Source of the DNA: Candidatus Brockarchaeota archaeon
GTDB taxonomy: Archaea > Thermoproteota > EX4484-205 > JAAOZP01
Direction of reading: 5' to 3'
Assembly: GCA_017601225.1 (NCBI GenBank)
Contig: JAFNIX010000011.1
Location: 1,121 to 65,120 of the forward strand
DNA length: 64,000 bases
The notes under the pieces: generated by a model
Told to the model about the DNA's origin: nothing
Databases searched by the model: none
What the model saw: the letters and a program-made list of their open reading frames with translations, nothing else
Shown here: positions 1 to 9,983 of the stretch, in pieces
Layout: every line of letters starts with the position of its first letter
Position numbering within the stretch: the stretch's first letter is position 1
Program-made: the position numbers and the translations under genes

Positions 1-648
1 CCATTCAGGGTCTTCGCAGCCAACAGCCATTAGCTCTATGCTCGGGTCAACCTTACGCATCTCGTTTGCGAACTCAAGGGTTCTCCGGGCGCACTCGCAG
101 CCATCCTTGCAGAATCCTATCTGCCACTCCCCGTGAAGCTCGTTCCCTATCCCCCAGAGCCTAATGTTGAAAGGCTCCTCGTGACCATACTTGCGTCTAA
201 GCGAGGCATGATGCGTACCCCCGTTTAAATTACAGTATTCTACCCATCGGGCAGCCTCCTCAGGCGTACCGTTTCCGGCGTTGACAACTATGAAGGGCTC
301 CGCACCTATCAGCCTACACCACTCTATGAACTCGTCTGTTCCGAAAAGATTAGGCTCCTCAGCTCTCCACGCCATGTCGAAACGCCTCGGCCTCTGGTCC
401 ACTGGGCCGACACCGTCCTCCCAGTGGTAGCCGCTTGCAAAATTTCCACCGGGCCATCTTACAAGGGGAGGATTCAAATCTTTAACAGCGTTCAGAACGT
501 CAAGACGATAACCCTTCACATTAGGTATTTTAGAATCCCTGCCGACCCAGATGCCTCCGTAGATACACTCACCCAAGTGTTCAATAAACTGGCCATAGCA
601 TCTCTTGCTGAGAGTCCCGACTGATGTCGTTGCATCAACAATCACCAT
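1..648 (-). CDS. alpha-L-arabinofuranosidase, GH51 family (first 216 codons; the gene runs off the left edge)
   Basis: Absent from the ORF track because it is open-ended. Reverse-strand translation from ATG at 648 reads MVIVDATTSVGTLSKRCYGQFIEHLGECIYGGIWVG...LVRWPGGNFASGYHWEDGVGP...FGTDEFIEWCRLIGAEPFIVVNAGNGTPEEAARWVEYCN...LWGIGNELHGEWQIG. These are typical GH51 motifs (RWPGGNF, GNE acid/base region). Confidence 0.8.
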   Translation of the reverse strand, partial: MVIVDATTSVGTLSKRCYGQFIEHLGECIYGGIWVGRDSKIPNVKGYRLDVLNAVKDLNPPLVRWPGGNFASGYHWEDGVGPVDQRPRRFDMAWRAEEPNLFGTDEFIEWCRLIGAEPFIVVNAGNGTPEEAARWVEYCNLNGGTHHASLRRKYGHEEPFNIRLWGIGNELHGEWQIGFCKDGCECARRTLEFANEMRKVDPSIELMAVGCEDPEW

Positions 649-757
649 GCCCTTCAAACCTATTCACCTTGGAATAGAGCTTTAGTAATGCTAATAAAGG
701 TATTTCTAGGCTGCTGGCAATGATCGGGAATGGAATACCGGCGGCTTTTTCCCCACT

Positions 758-1387
758 CTAGAATGTTTTAGACTCGAAGTATTTCTCCAATAGTTTACGG
801 ATACCGCTCCTAGTTATTTCTGAGAAGGTTGAAGGAACTATTCCAAGCGTTTTCGCAAGCTCCTTGGTGCTAATTTTCCTGGGGGTGTCGAAGTAGCCCA
901 TTTTCAAGGAAAGCCAGAGAGCGTTCTCCTGCTTCTCGGTTAAAACACCCTCCTTATGCTCATGCTTCGTTAAACCAAGGATTCTAGGCTTAAACCCGAG
1001 GGACTCAAGGGTTGTTACTATCTGCCTAAAGACCTCGTAGCCTGGTGCTATGAACTCGTAGACCATCCGGTATTCTCCTAAATGCTTTCCTGAAATAAGG
1101 AAGGCGCCTTGAGAAAGCATTGTGTTACAAACTTTACAACCCTCTGTTTTGAAGGATGCTAGGACAGAGCTCTTAGAGCTTTTCAGAATCCTAAGATTCT
1201 CCCCAGAGGTCTTTCGGAGTTCGCTGGCAGGGAATCTTACTAAGTGTCTCACAGAGCCCTCAGGCAGCCTTCTAACGTCGATAAGCTTGCAATCATTGAT
1301 GCCGAGCTTCGACATGAGCTCCAGCCCCCTACACTCACTGTTCTCCACCTCGATAGTCACATGGTACATTTCTTGTTCAAGAGCCAT
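758..1387 (-). CDS. HTH_10 (bacterio-opsin-activator type) DNA-binding regulator
   Basis: The C-terminal LTEKQENALWLSLKMGYFDTPRKISTKELAKTLGIVPSTFSEITRSGIRKLLEKY is the HTH_10 signature. The track starts at GTG 1402. I used the first ATG (MALEQEMY...) at 1387. Confidence 0.7.
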   Translation of the reverse strand: MALEQEMYHVTIEVENSECRGLELMSKLGINDCKLIDVRRLPEGSVRHLVRFPASELRKTSGENLRILKSSKSSVLASFKTEGCKVCNTMLSQGAFLISGKHLGEYRMVYEFIAPGYEVFRQIVTTLESLGFKPRILGLTKHEHKEGVLTEKQENALWLSLKMGYFDTPRKISTKELAKTLGIVPSTFSEITRSGIRKLLEKYFESKTF

Positions 1388-1509
1388 CCGGCCCACCTTC
1401 ACTGTGGAATAGCAGTTCTATTAATATTAAAATCTATCTGACATGAGTAAAAGGTTTTCAACAGCATTGAGTTTATCTTTAAATACGGTGCCAGAAGCAT
1501 AGGTGGCAG

Positions 1510-2145
1510 ATGCTGAAAACCCTCCTCGCAGCCCAGCAATTCTCAGAATGGATGGAGCAGCTTGCCTACCAATATGGATACCTAGGGATATTCCTCCTGT
1601 CATTCATCGGAGCCATTTCCGTAGTCTTCCCAATACCCTATACTGTCGTGATCTACCTGATGGGTTCCATGCTAGATCCTATTCTGATAGCCATCTCAGG
1701 AGGCTTAGGCTCTGCTTTCGGAGAGCTGGCCGGCTATGCCTTGGGATACTATGGCAGGATACTGATAGGCGAGGAGCGTAGGAGGAAGATGGATTACATG
1801 CTTAAGATATTCGACCGTTACGGTGTTGCAGCAATATTCTTGTTTGCCTTAACCCCATTGCCTGACGACCTGCTGATTATCCCGCTTGGAATAATGCGCT
1901 ACAACCCTGTTAAGTTTCTCATACCGTGTATCCTTGGCAAAACCTTGATGTGCCTAATACTGGCACTCGGTGGGATGTTTTCAATAGGCCTGATTAGAAG
2001 TCTTTTCGGCGGGGAGGGGGGGTTGGTTGCAACCTTAGCTACCTTTCTTCTTCTAGCAGGAGTCATAGTGTTAATGATGAAGATAGACTGGGAGGAAATC
2101 TTCTTCAAATACGTGGAGAAGAGGGGGAAAGGGGAGTCAAAATAA
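1510..2145 (+). CDS. DedA / VTT (SNARE-associated) family membrane protein
   Basis: YGYLGIFLLSFIGAISVVFPIPYTVVIYLMG and ...LTPLPDDLLIIPLGIMRY fit the DedA/VTT pattern. There are multiple TM segments, an ATG start, and AGGTGG just upstream. Confidence 0.75.
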   Translation: MLKTLLAAQQFSEWMEQLAYQYGYLGIFLLSFIGAISVVFPIPYTVVIYLMGSMLDPILIAISGGLGSAFGELAGYALGYYGRILIGEERRRKMDYMLKIFDRYGVAAIFLFALTPLPDDLLIIPLGIMRYNPVKFLIPCILGKTLMCLILALGGMFSIGLIRSLFGGEGGLVATLATFLLLAGVIVLMMKIDWEEIFFKYVEKRGKGESK

Positions 2146-2176
2146 TTAAAAAGGGGGTTTAAGCCGTTACTGTTTA

Positions 2177-3085
2177 ATGGAGAACTTTGAAAAAGAATAC
2201 TGGCTTGAGGTTGAACTCCAACACCCTAAAGGATGGGTGTTAGCGGCGGAGTCGGGAGGAATGTTAGACGGGTATTTCAGGATAGACTCGAAAACCGCGG
2301 CTAAGCTTGAAGTAAAGTGGGAGAAACAGGCTTCCGACAGGAGGGTGAAGGCAAAGGTGCAGCCGATGGTTGTGATAAACAAGTTCATCGAAGACTATAT
2401 GACGCGGGCTAAGAGGAAAGGGAAGGCGGAAGTATACGAGCGGGGGAGTGCAAGAATATGCGGGCATAATGCTTACTTTGCAAAATGGCGGGATGTTGGT
2501 GACATAGTTACCGTCTCCTGGGTGTGCGAAGACGAGAACAAGGTTTTCCTTCTCAACTATTATCTGGAGCCAGGTGAGAAATGGGAGGATGTTGCAAGCT
2601 GGCTGGTTCCCGGGTTTATATGCCATACTTCGGAAAAATTCTGGCAATACCGTCTGATCGGCGTGGAGTTCAAAGTCCCCAAAGGATATGCTCTTCAAAC
2701 AAGGAAGCTTCTACTAGGCAGGCCGATAGTTGTTTTCAAAGCAGGGGGAAAAACACTTCTGCTCCACTGGTCCACCTTCGCTAGGGAAACCCTTGCTAAG
2801 TATAAGAGCATAGTCGAATGGGCGAAGAAAGAGGTTCCGAAAGAAGTGGTGAGCGTCATGAAGGGGTTGAAATACGATAAGCTTAAGCCCGACGAGAAGA
2901 CGGGTAGAGTGATGCTGGAGGAAACGGAGCGAACATTCTTCAGCGGTAAGACGACTGTTAAAACATTAAGGATTTGGCATGACACGGATTCGAACAGAAT
3001 ATTCTTAACAGGCTACTCAGGTCCCAGGGAGAACATTATTGACCTAGAGGAGCTTGAGAAAAGCATAGTGTTTAAGCCGGAATAG
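2177..3085 (+). CDS. hypothetical protein (302 aa), no domain recognised
   Basis: Long ORF with an ATG start. It lies 10 nt upstream of the PqqD-like gene on the same strand. The antisense ORFs over it look like shadow ORFs. Confidence 0.5.
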   Translation: MENFEKEYWLEVELQHPKGWVLAAESGGMLDGYFRIDSKTAAKLEVKWEKQASDRRVKAKVQPMVVINKFIEDYMTRAKRKGKAEVYERGSARICGHNAYFAKWRDVGDIVTVSWVCEDENKVFLLNYYLEPGEKWEDVASWLVPGFICHTSEKFWQYRLIGVEFKVPKGYALQTRKLLLGRPIVVFKAGGKTLLLHWSTFARETLAKYKSIVEWAKKEVPKEVVSVMKGLKYDKLKPDEKTGRVMLEETERTFFSGKTTVKTLRIWHDTDSNRIFLTGYSGPRENIIDLEELEKSIVFKPE

Positions 3086-3095
3086 GTGGGCAGAG

Positions 3096-3632
3096 ATGCC
3101 GCTTTTCGGGAAGAAGAAGGAGCCTCCGAGGATTTCGCCGGGAAGACTGTACAGGAGCATACCTATCGTAAACCCGAAGGTGAGGCATGAAGAGGATGCT
3201 GACGGAATCGTCACGATCCTTATCCCCGTCCCTACGGGCGACCCTAAGAAGCCTGAGAGAACAGCGAGGATAAAGCTCGACGCGATAGGTAGCAAGGTTT
3301 GGAAGAGAATAGATGGGAAAACCCCGCTGAACGAAATGGTTCAGTGGATGAAGCAGGAATTCATGTTGACTGAGAGGGAGGCTGAGGTTTCGCTATCCAT
3401 GTTCATGAAGAGTCTTGTCGACAAAAAACTTGTGGCCCTTGCCCTGCCGCCGCCGACACCGGGGACGCCTGAGGTTCAGGAGGAGATTGAGAGAATAAGG
3501 TTTGAAATAGAGGAGCTTGAAAAAGCCTTTAAAAAGAAGAAAGTGGATGAGAAAACATTCAGAGATCTTAAGGAGAAATATGAACAGGCCATTAGAGAGC
3601 TTGAGGAGAAAGAAGCGGGTGGAAAGTCTTGA
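3096..3632 (+). CDS. PqqD-family (RRE-like peptide-binding fold) protein with a C-terminal charged coiled-coil tail
   Basis: KLDAIGSKVWKRIDGKTPLNEMVQWMKQEFMLTEREAEVSLSMFMKSLVDKKLVAL follows the PqqD pattern (LNxxgxxIWxxlDGxxtxxEixxxlxxeyxvxxeeaxxDvxxFlxxLxxxgLv). The tail EIERIRFEIEELEKAFKKKKVDEKTFRDLKEKYEQAIRELEEKE is heptad-like. Confidence 0.55.
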   Translation: MPLFGKKKEPPRISPGRLYRSIPIVNPKVRHEEDADGIVTILIPVPTGDPKKPERTARIKLDAIGSKVWKRIDGKTPLNEMVQWMKQEFMLTEREAEVSLSMFMKSLVDKKLVALALPPPTPGTPEVQEEIERIRFEIEELEKAFKKKKVDEKTFRDLKEKYEQAIRELEEKEAGGKS

Positions 3633-3776
3633 AGCCGGCCCGCATGTTTTAGCGATAATTAATACTGCTTCTCTAATCAGCACGTAATCCGCTGAGGTCT
3701 CCGAGCATGAAGATGCTCAAGGGTCTTCTGCCGCCTGCCAGAAGCGCTTATCAAGGTTTCCAGCCTACTTCTAAAC

Positions 3777-4734
3777 GTGATAAGAAGACTGAGGCTGTGG
3801 AACTTCAGGGGAGTGAGGAGGGGTGAGGCTAGGCTTGAACCCTTCATGATTATTCTAGGTGGCAATAACTCGGGTAAAACTACTATTCTTGAAGCACTGT
3901 TCCTGGCCCCAAACCCTTTCCGGAGTTCCTTGTTCTGGAGTCGACGTGGCTGTTAAGGTTCTCCACGAGCAGCACAGGATTTTTTGAAAGCAAGGGTTAT
4001 TTTTCCTTTTCCAAAATTATACTTCTAGTGAGGCCAAAATCCAGTGTGACAGCTACGTAATAAGCTTCCTTAGAGATGATGAAACGGTATATGTCACTAC
4101 GAGCAAGAGCGATGCCGGCCAATGCGTCATGCTTAAGGGGAAGCCTGCTCAAGTTTTAGGGAAACTACCTTTCCCGCTCACCAGCATAGTCTTCATGTAT
4201 ACGAATGATAAGGTTACTAGGGAAGACTCTCTGCTTCTCACCCCAAGCCTGGCTAGAATTAGCTACGATTACTTGAGGATAAACTGGCCTCTGCTTGCTC
4301 ACAGCAATGTTTGCAACAAGATTGCTGAAGAACTGTCTCGACTCACCGGTGAGAAATGCGTTGACATAAACATGGAACCATTCTTCAAAGGAGGAGTATC
4401 GCTAAACCTTCTCCTGAAGGAGGAAAAGAGGATAAGGCTCACAGACACTGGAACAGGAGTCCAGAACTATATTGCAGCAAGGTTCCTGTGCGAGTTGAAG
4501 AAGCTGGAGATACTGCTCTGGGACGATGTTGATAACGGCCTCAAACCAGCTAAGCTTTCAAGCATCGCAGGCTGGTTCTCCAGCCTTGTAGAAAAGGGCA
4601 CTCAGGTCATCGCAACCACTCGGAGCCCGGAGGCTGCGAGAAGGATTACAGAAGCCGCTGGAGGCAGGCCTATAATACTTCTAAGCGTTCTTAAGGAAAA
4701 CACGCTTAAGACTGCTTCCGGCGGAACTAGATGA
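3777..4734 (+). pseudogene. disrupted P-loop ATPase (AAA_21 / SMC-like ABC-type ATPase family)
   Basis: From GTG 3777 the frame reads MIRRLRLWNFRGVRRGEARLEPFMIILGGNNSGKTTILEALFLAPNPFR (Walker A), then hits TAA at 3954-3956. The protein continues in another frame (…VDVAVKVLHEQHRIF, stop at 3985, then …SYVISFLRDDETVYVTTSKS…). That frame runs into ORF 4129..4734, which carries a Walker-B-like ILLWDDVDNGLKP. At least one frameshift and one in-frame stop are present. Confidence 0.6.
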
Positions 4735-4979
4735 TGGATTACTAGAGCAAAAATAAGGTAACTATCGTGCTTTAAAGGGGGTAAGCAATAGTTAGCACGC
4801 GCTAATACTTCGGAAACGTTTAAATAGTATGGAATCCTTTCCCTCCTCCTCGGATACTTCAGTGTCGAAACCAATACATGGTGGCAGAGGAATAAGCGTA
4901 AGCAGGTTTCCAGCAATCCGTATCCATTTCCTCCAAGTTGGAATTTTTACCGAAGCCTACCGATTAAAAGGTGTTTTAA

Positions 4980-7900
4980 ATGCCTAGGATGAGCAACATA
5001 AGGAAAGCACTAGTCATAGGAAGCGGAGGGATCGTCATCGCCCAAGCCGCGGAGTTCGATTACAGCGGGAGTCAGGCTTTGAAGGCTTTGAAGGAGGAGG
5101 GTATTGAGACGGTGATTGTGAACCCGAATATTGCGACGATTCAGACGAGCAGGAGGATGGCTGACAAAGTGTATCTTGAGCCGTTGACTGTTAAATCGGT
5201 TTCGAGAATAATTGAGAAGGAGAGGGTTGACGGAATTCTGCTCGGCTTCGGAGGTCAGACGGCTCTAAACCTTGGCATAGGCCTGCACGAGGCTGGTGTC
5301 TTAGACAAGTATGGTGTTAAGGTGTTGGGGTGCTCTATTGAAACCATCAGGATGGCTGAGGACAGAGACCTGTTTAGAAGAGCCATGTGGGAGATAGGCT
5401 TGAAGGTTCCCCCAAGCAGTGTCGCAAGGACCCCGGAGGAGGCTGTTGAAGCCTCGGAGAGCCTCGGTTTCCCTCTTCTCGTCAGGACTTCTTTCACGCT
5501 TGGGGGTCAGAGCTCAGGCATAGCTAGGAACCGGGGTGAGCTTTACGAGGCGGTTTCAAAGGCTTTGAAATGGAGCATTAACAGGGAGATTCTGATAGAG
5601 AGATCCTACTACGGGTGGAAGGAGCTTGAATACGAGTATATGAGGGACTACTATGGGAACAGTGTTTCAGTCGCAACTATGGAGGGCTTCGACCCTCTAG
5701 GCGTGCATACGGGTGAGAAAATAGTTGTGGTTCCGATTCAGACTCTTACTAACAAGGAGTACCATAGGCTTAGGGATGCTGGTCTAAGAATCGTGGACAA
5801 GCTTGGAATAGTTGGAGAGTGCAATATTCAGTTCGGCCTGAATCCTGAAAACGGGGATTTGATCGTCGTCGAGGTTAACCCGAGGCTTTCAAGATCTAGC
5901 GCACTGGCGTCTAAGGCTACCGGCTATCCTCTGGCGTACTTGGCAGCGAAGCTAGCCCTAGGATATCGGATAGAAGAGCTTACGAACAAGGTTACTGGTG
6001 TTACGAAGGCTAGTTTCGAGCCTGCATTGGACTACGTGGTTGTGAAATTCCCTAGGTGGGATTTCAAAAAGTTTCCTGGAAACGTTGACAGAACCGTGGG
6101 GACAATGATGAAGTCTGTCGGGGAAGTGATGGCCATAGGCAGGACTTTCGAGGAGGCTTTGCAGAAGGCTGTTAGAATGCTTCAAATAGGCAGGATCGGC
6201 GTGGTTGGGAACGAGGGCGAGGAGGACGGGGTTCCATCCGATTTAACGGAGTTTCTTAAGCCTAGCGATGAGAGGCTTTTCCACATCGTCAGAGCGTTGA
6301 AGGCTGGTGTTAGCGTAGACGAGATAAGCAGTGTGACGGGCATAGATAAATGGTTTCTCTACAGGATACTGAACATTATCCGTGTTGATTTTGAGCTTAA
6401 ACCCCTCCGCAACGTGAAGGATGAGGAGGAGCTCTTTGAGAAGATTAAAGAGGCTAAGAGGCTCGGTTTCTCAGACATTCAGATAGCAAGGAGGCTCGGG
6501 TGGAGCGAAGACGAGGTTAGGAGTTTCAGGATCAAACATGGTGTCAAACCAGTATTCAAACTTATAGACACGATGGCTGCGGAATGGGAGTCCATTACAA
6601 ACTATCTTTACGCTACCTACGGGGACGAGGCTAATGATGTTTCAGAAACCACTGGCAGAAGGAAGGTTATAATTCTCGGAGCTGGCACGAACAGGATTGG
6701 GAGCAGCGTCGAGTTTGACTACTGCACGATGCACACCGTATGGTCTATGAAGGAGGAGGGTTTCGACGAGGTCATCGTTGTGAACAATAATCCTGAAACG
6801 GTTTCCACGGACTACGATATGTCGGATAAGCTGTATTTCGAAGAACTGTCGTTTGAAAGAGTTATGGATATTGTGGATGTTGAAAAGCCCGAAGGCGTTG
6901 TGGTGACGATGGGCGGGCAGGATCCGATCAACATTAGCCAGAAACTCTATAAGCATGGTGTCCGGATTCTCGGAACGTCTCCGCTGAGCATAGATTTCGC
7001 TGAAGACAGGGCGAAGTTCAGCCTCCTGCTGGATAATCTAGGTATAAAGCAACCGGTCTGGACAAGGGTGACGAGCATGGAGGAGGCTGTTTTGAAAGCA
7101 AGGGAGATAGGATACCCGGTTTTAATAAGGCCTTCCTACGTGCTGTCTGGGGCTGCGATGAACGTTGCTTCAAATGAGGAGGAGCTTGTAGAATATATTC
7201 GTAACGCGACAAGAATATCTCCTGAACACTCTGTAGTTATAAGCAAGTTTTTCGAGCAGGCTTATGAGGCGGAGGTTGATGCTGTTAGCGACGGCGAGGA
7301 GGTTTTCATAGGTGGAGTAATGGAGCACTTGGAGTACGCTGGGACACACAGTGGGGATGCTACCATCATCCTCCCCCCGCAGAGGCTTAGTGAAGACATT
7401 GTCGAGAAGATTAAGGATTACACTGTTAGAATCGCGAAGGAGCTCCGGATAATCGGGGCTTTTAACATACAATACTTGGTTAAGGATTCAGAGGTATACG
7501 TGATAGAGGCCAACGTTAGAGCCAGTAGGACTATGCCTTTCGTAAGCAAGACGAGGGGTATCCCTCTCATATGGCTTGCAGGAAAGCTTATCGCAAAGCG
7601 GAAGCTCAGCGAGTTTAAAGATTTGTTGAAGTACAACGGGAGGACGATCGGCGTTAAAGTACCTGTTTTCTCGTTTGTAAGGCTTAAGGGAGCCGATCCT
7701 GTTCTAGGCGTTGAAATGAGGTCAACTGGTGAAGTAGCATGCATAGGTTATGACTTTATAAATACTTTCACCCGGGCTTGGGAGTCTTCAGGTCTAAGCC
7801 TGCCCTCTAAGAACGACATCATATTCATAACGGTTAGGGACGAGGATAAGCCCAAGGCTTTAAAACTAGCTTTAAACCTTAAGGAAATAGGGTTCACAAT

Positions 7901-8258
7901 AGCCGCCACTCGACGCACGAGGGACTTCCTGGTCTCTAACGGTTTGAAGGACGTAATACTGGTTAGAAGGCTTAGTGAGAAGTCTGAAGACGGGGTGGAC
8001 GCGATAACTTTCCTCTCAAGCGGGAGAATAGGCATGGTGGTAAACACTCCAGACCCTAAGGATAAGAGTACTCTTGAAGACATGTATACGATTAGGAGGA
8101 CGGCTGTAGAGTTTGCCATACCCGTAATCACGAGCCTCGAGGTTGCGGAGAAGATCGTTGAAGCGATACGTTTCAAGAACAATAATAATGGCTTAGGGCA
8201 GGAGCCGTATTCCTTGGACGAGTACCACAGAGACCTGCCTCTGTCAATATACGTTTAG
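4980..8258 (+). CDS. carB: carbamoyl-phosphate synthase large subunit
   Basis: 1092 aa. The N-terminus ALVIGSGGIVIAQAAEFDYSGSQALKALKEEGIETVIVNPNIATIQTS is typical. A duplicated ATP-grasp half follows (VIILGAGTNRIGSSVEFDYC...), then an MGS-like C-terminal domain. No carA is adjacent in this window. Confidence 0.97.
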   Translation: MPRMSNIRKALVIGSGGIVIAQAAEFDYSGSQALKALKEEGIETVIVNPNIATIQTSRRMADKVYLEPLTVKSVSRIIEKERVDGILLGFGGQTALNLGIGLHEAGVLDKYGVKVLGCSIETIRMAEDRDLFRRAMWEIGLKVPPSSVARTPEEAVEASESLGFPLLVRTSFTLGGQSSGIARNRGELYEAVSKALKWSINREILIERSYYGWKELEYEYMRDYYGNSVSVATMEGFDPLGVHTGEKIVVVPIQTLTNKEYHRLRDAGLRIVDKLGIVGECNIQFGLNPENGDLIVVEVNPRLSRSSALASKATGYPLAYLAAKLALGYRIEELTNKVTGVTKASFEPALDYVVVKFPRWDFKKFPGNVDRTVGTMMKSVGEVMAIGRTFEEALQKAVRMLQIGRIGVVGNEGEEDGVPSDLTEFLKPSDERLFHIVRALKAGVSVDEISSVTGIDKWFLYRILNIIRVDFELKPLRNVKDEEELFEKIKEAKRLGFSDIQIARRLGWSEDEVRSFRIKHGVKPVFKLIDTMAAEWESITNYLYATYGDEANDVSETTGRRKVIILGAGTNRIGSSVEFDYCTMHTVWSMKEEGFDEVIVVNNNPETVSTDYDMSDKLYFEELSFERVMDIVDVEKPEGVVVTMGGQDPINISQKLYKHGVRILGTSPLSIDFAEDRAKFSLLLDNLGIKQPVWTRVTSMEEAVLKAREIGYPVLIRPSYVLSGAAMNVASNEEELVEYIRNATRISPEHSVVISKFFEQAYEAEVDAVSDGEEVFIGGVMEHLEYAGTHSGDATIILPPQRLSEDIVEKIKDYTVRIAKELRIIGAFNIQYLVKDSEVYVIEANVRASRTMPFVSKTRGIPLIWLAGKLIAKRKLSEFKDLLKYNGRTIGVKVPVFSFVRLKGADPVLGVEMRSTGEVACIGYDFINTFTRAWESSGLSLPSKNDIIFITVRDEDKPKALKLALNLKEIGFTIAATRRTRDFLVSNGLKDVILVRRLSEKSEDGVDAITFLSSGRIGMVVNTPDPKDKSTLEDMYTIRRTAVEFAIPVITSLEVAEKIVEAIRFKNNNNGLGQEPYSLDEYHRDLPLSIYV

Positions 8259-9958
8259 CTAGGTTGAACATATGTAAGTATCTTTCTTAGAAACCTTGTT
8301 TTCTCAAGAGAATCCCGAATGTTAAGAATTATGCTGAGCATCGGGGATACGATTCCGGGTGAAACAGACGTTGTTTTCCCACTCACCATTCTGCCGCCGA
8401 CAATACTGTTAAACAGGAGGTCGAACTTGCCCTCAATCTCCTCCCCAGTGGAGGAAACCACTGTGGCAGAGAAATCGGCCATCATCTCCTGAATCTTCAG
8501 GATTCTTTCAAGAATCGGGGTTAATGCTTTTCTCGTCTTGCCAACAACGTACTTCCACTCCGCCAGATTATTGGTTAAGACTGTTGTCTGAAGCAGGGTT
8601 GGTTTCTTTCTTCTAAGCTCCTGCAGCAATTTCTCAGCTTCAACAGTTTCGCTGATCGAGCTTAGAATAATGTCTTCCTCCTCCAGGATGCTGCTTAATG
8701 CTCGTTTAAGCATGATCAGCCGCATCGCCCTATCTGGAAGCCGGGCAGCATAGAGCCAGGGTACGACGCTCTCCATCTGGTCAACAACCTTACCTGCTGA
8801 GTCTCGAATAAGCTTCAGCATCCTGCAGGATTCAGAAGCTTCCCTAAGGGTCTCCTGATCCACAGCCTCTGCGGAAGGCATGCTGGCCTTCTCCCCACCC
8901 GAGTAGGCTTTCAGTAGCACAGCATTCCCAAGCAAGCCATGCGTGAAAGGAGTTTTAAGGCTCTCAACGTGTGAGAAGAACAGAACGATTTTTCCAGATC
9001 CGTGTTCAGTAAACCCGATGCTGCTGGCGCCTCCTATTGTTTTAAGCGCCTCCTCGCATGGCACACCATACTCCACACTAGTTAGAGGCTCCACTATTTT
9101 TGCGAAAACCTGTTTAGCGCTAGCGATTTTAGCAATCGGGCCAGTGTGAAACATCGTAAGCTCACCTCCATAGCCTAGTGTCAACAGTCCTCTTTTCATA
9201 ATCCTCGCCTTGACGAGGCCTGTTACAGGGTAAGTCCTTAAAACCCCGCTTAACCGTCTTCCTGAGAAAACAGGCCAAGAAGGCTCTGAAACAGTGTCAC
9301 TCAAAAGTTTACACTCAACAACCTGCAGCTCGCTCCACGCCTCTATCTCCCCGTACGCGGATATTGGCACGTTGACTGGTTTAAGTGGAAGAAGTGCGCC
9401 GGCGCATATCCCAATATACACGCCCCCAGACTCTACGAATTGCCTGATCATCCTGGCCTCCTCTTTCGCGAGCGACCTGAGAATTTCAAAACTGTCTCCG
9501 CCGCCAACTATCAAGACGTCTAGCGCACGCAAGTCTTCAAGCGTCAACGGCCCTGGGAGAAGAGATATTCTTCTGAAACCCATTTTAAGCAAAGTATCCA
9601 CTGTTTCCTTCAAGTATGATACTGAAACCCCGTTCCCACTGTACAATCCTATGAGCGGGCTGCGCAACCAGGCAACACTCTGCTGATCAATGGTTTTCAA
9701 AGGCTTCAACTCTACACCGTACTCTTCGCTGAGATTCTTCGCCAAGTATTCCGAATAGACTTCTTCAACACCGATCACGAAGTCCCCGGGCTTAAGGCCT
9801 GCTTCTCTAGCATCCCTAGGTTTCACAACCCTGCCAATTTTAAACCCTGATTCGAGAAGATTATTTACAAGCCTATACGCGTTAGAATAGGCTTCCCCAC
9901 CGCCTTTCTTAAACCGTGTACTCCACCACTTCAACGTTCTCAGAGAAGCATCAGCCAC
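8255..9958 (-). CDS. protein with a class-I glutamine-amidotransferase-like (BPL_N/DJ-1-like) domain and a helical C-terminal half; function unknown
   Basis: LDVLIVGGGDSFEILRSLAKEEARMIRQFVESGGVYIGICAGALLPL resembles the GATase1-like nucleophile-elbow region. It sits 25 nt downstream of the GH3 gene on the same strand. Confidence 0.5.
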   Translation of the reverse strand: MADASLRTLKWWSTRFKKGGGEAYSNAYRLVNNLLESGFKIGRVVKPRDAREAGLKPGDFVIGVEEVYSEYLAKNLSEEYGVELKPLKTIDQQSVAWLRSPLIGLYSGNGVSVSYLKETVDTLLKMGFRRISLLPGPLTLEDLRALDVLIVGGGDSFEILRSLAKEEARMIRQFVESGGVYIGICAGALLPLKPVNVPISAYGEIEAWSELQVVECKLLSDTVSEPSWPVFSGRRLSGVLRTYPVTGLVKARIMKRGLLTLGYGGELTMFHTGPIAKIASAKQVFAKIVEPLTSVEYGVPCEEALKTIGGASSIGFTEHGSGKIVLFFSHVESLKTPFTHGLLGNAVLLKAYSGGEKASMPSAEAVDQETLREASESCRMLKLIRDSAGKVVDQMESVVPWLYAARLPDRAMRLIMLKRALSSILEEEDIILSSISETVEAEKLLQELRRKKPTLLQTTVLTNNLAEWKYVVGKTRKALTPILERILKIQEMMADFSATVVSSTGEEIEGKFDLLFNSIVGGRMVSGKTTSVSPGIVSPMLSIILNIRDSLEKTRFLRKILTYVQPS

Positions 9959-9983
9959 TATTTAATCTCATCTGAATGATTCC

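Noticed and set aside
424-624. 66-aa + strand ORF from the track
   Set aside because: It lies antisense within the clearly homologous GH51 coding region, so it is a shadow ORF.
5255-8182. Multiple minus-strand ORFs inside carB (5255-5497, 6642-6956, 7170-7472, 7418-7744, 7748-8182)
   Set aside because: They are antisense shadow ORFs of a highly conserved gene, with low-complexity Ser/Leu/Arg-rich translations.
8255-8258. Convergent carB and the 567-aa gene share overlapping stop codons (TTAG)
   Set aside because: The overlap is real but is a common consequence of genome compaction. No functional inference is justified.
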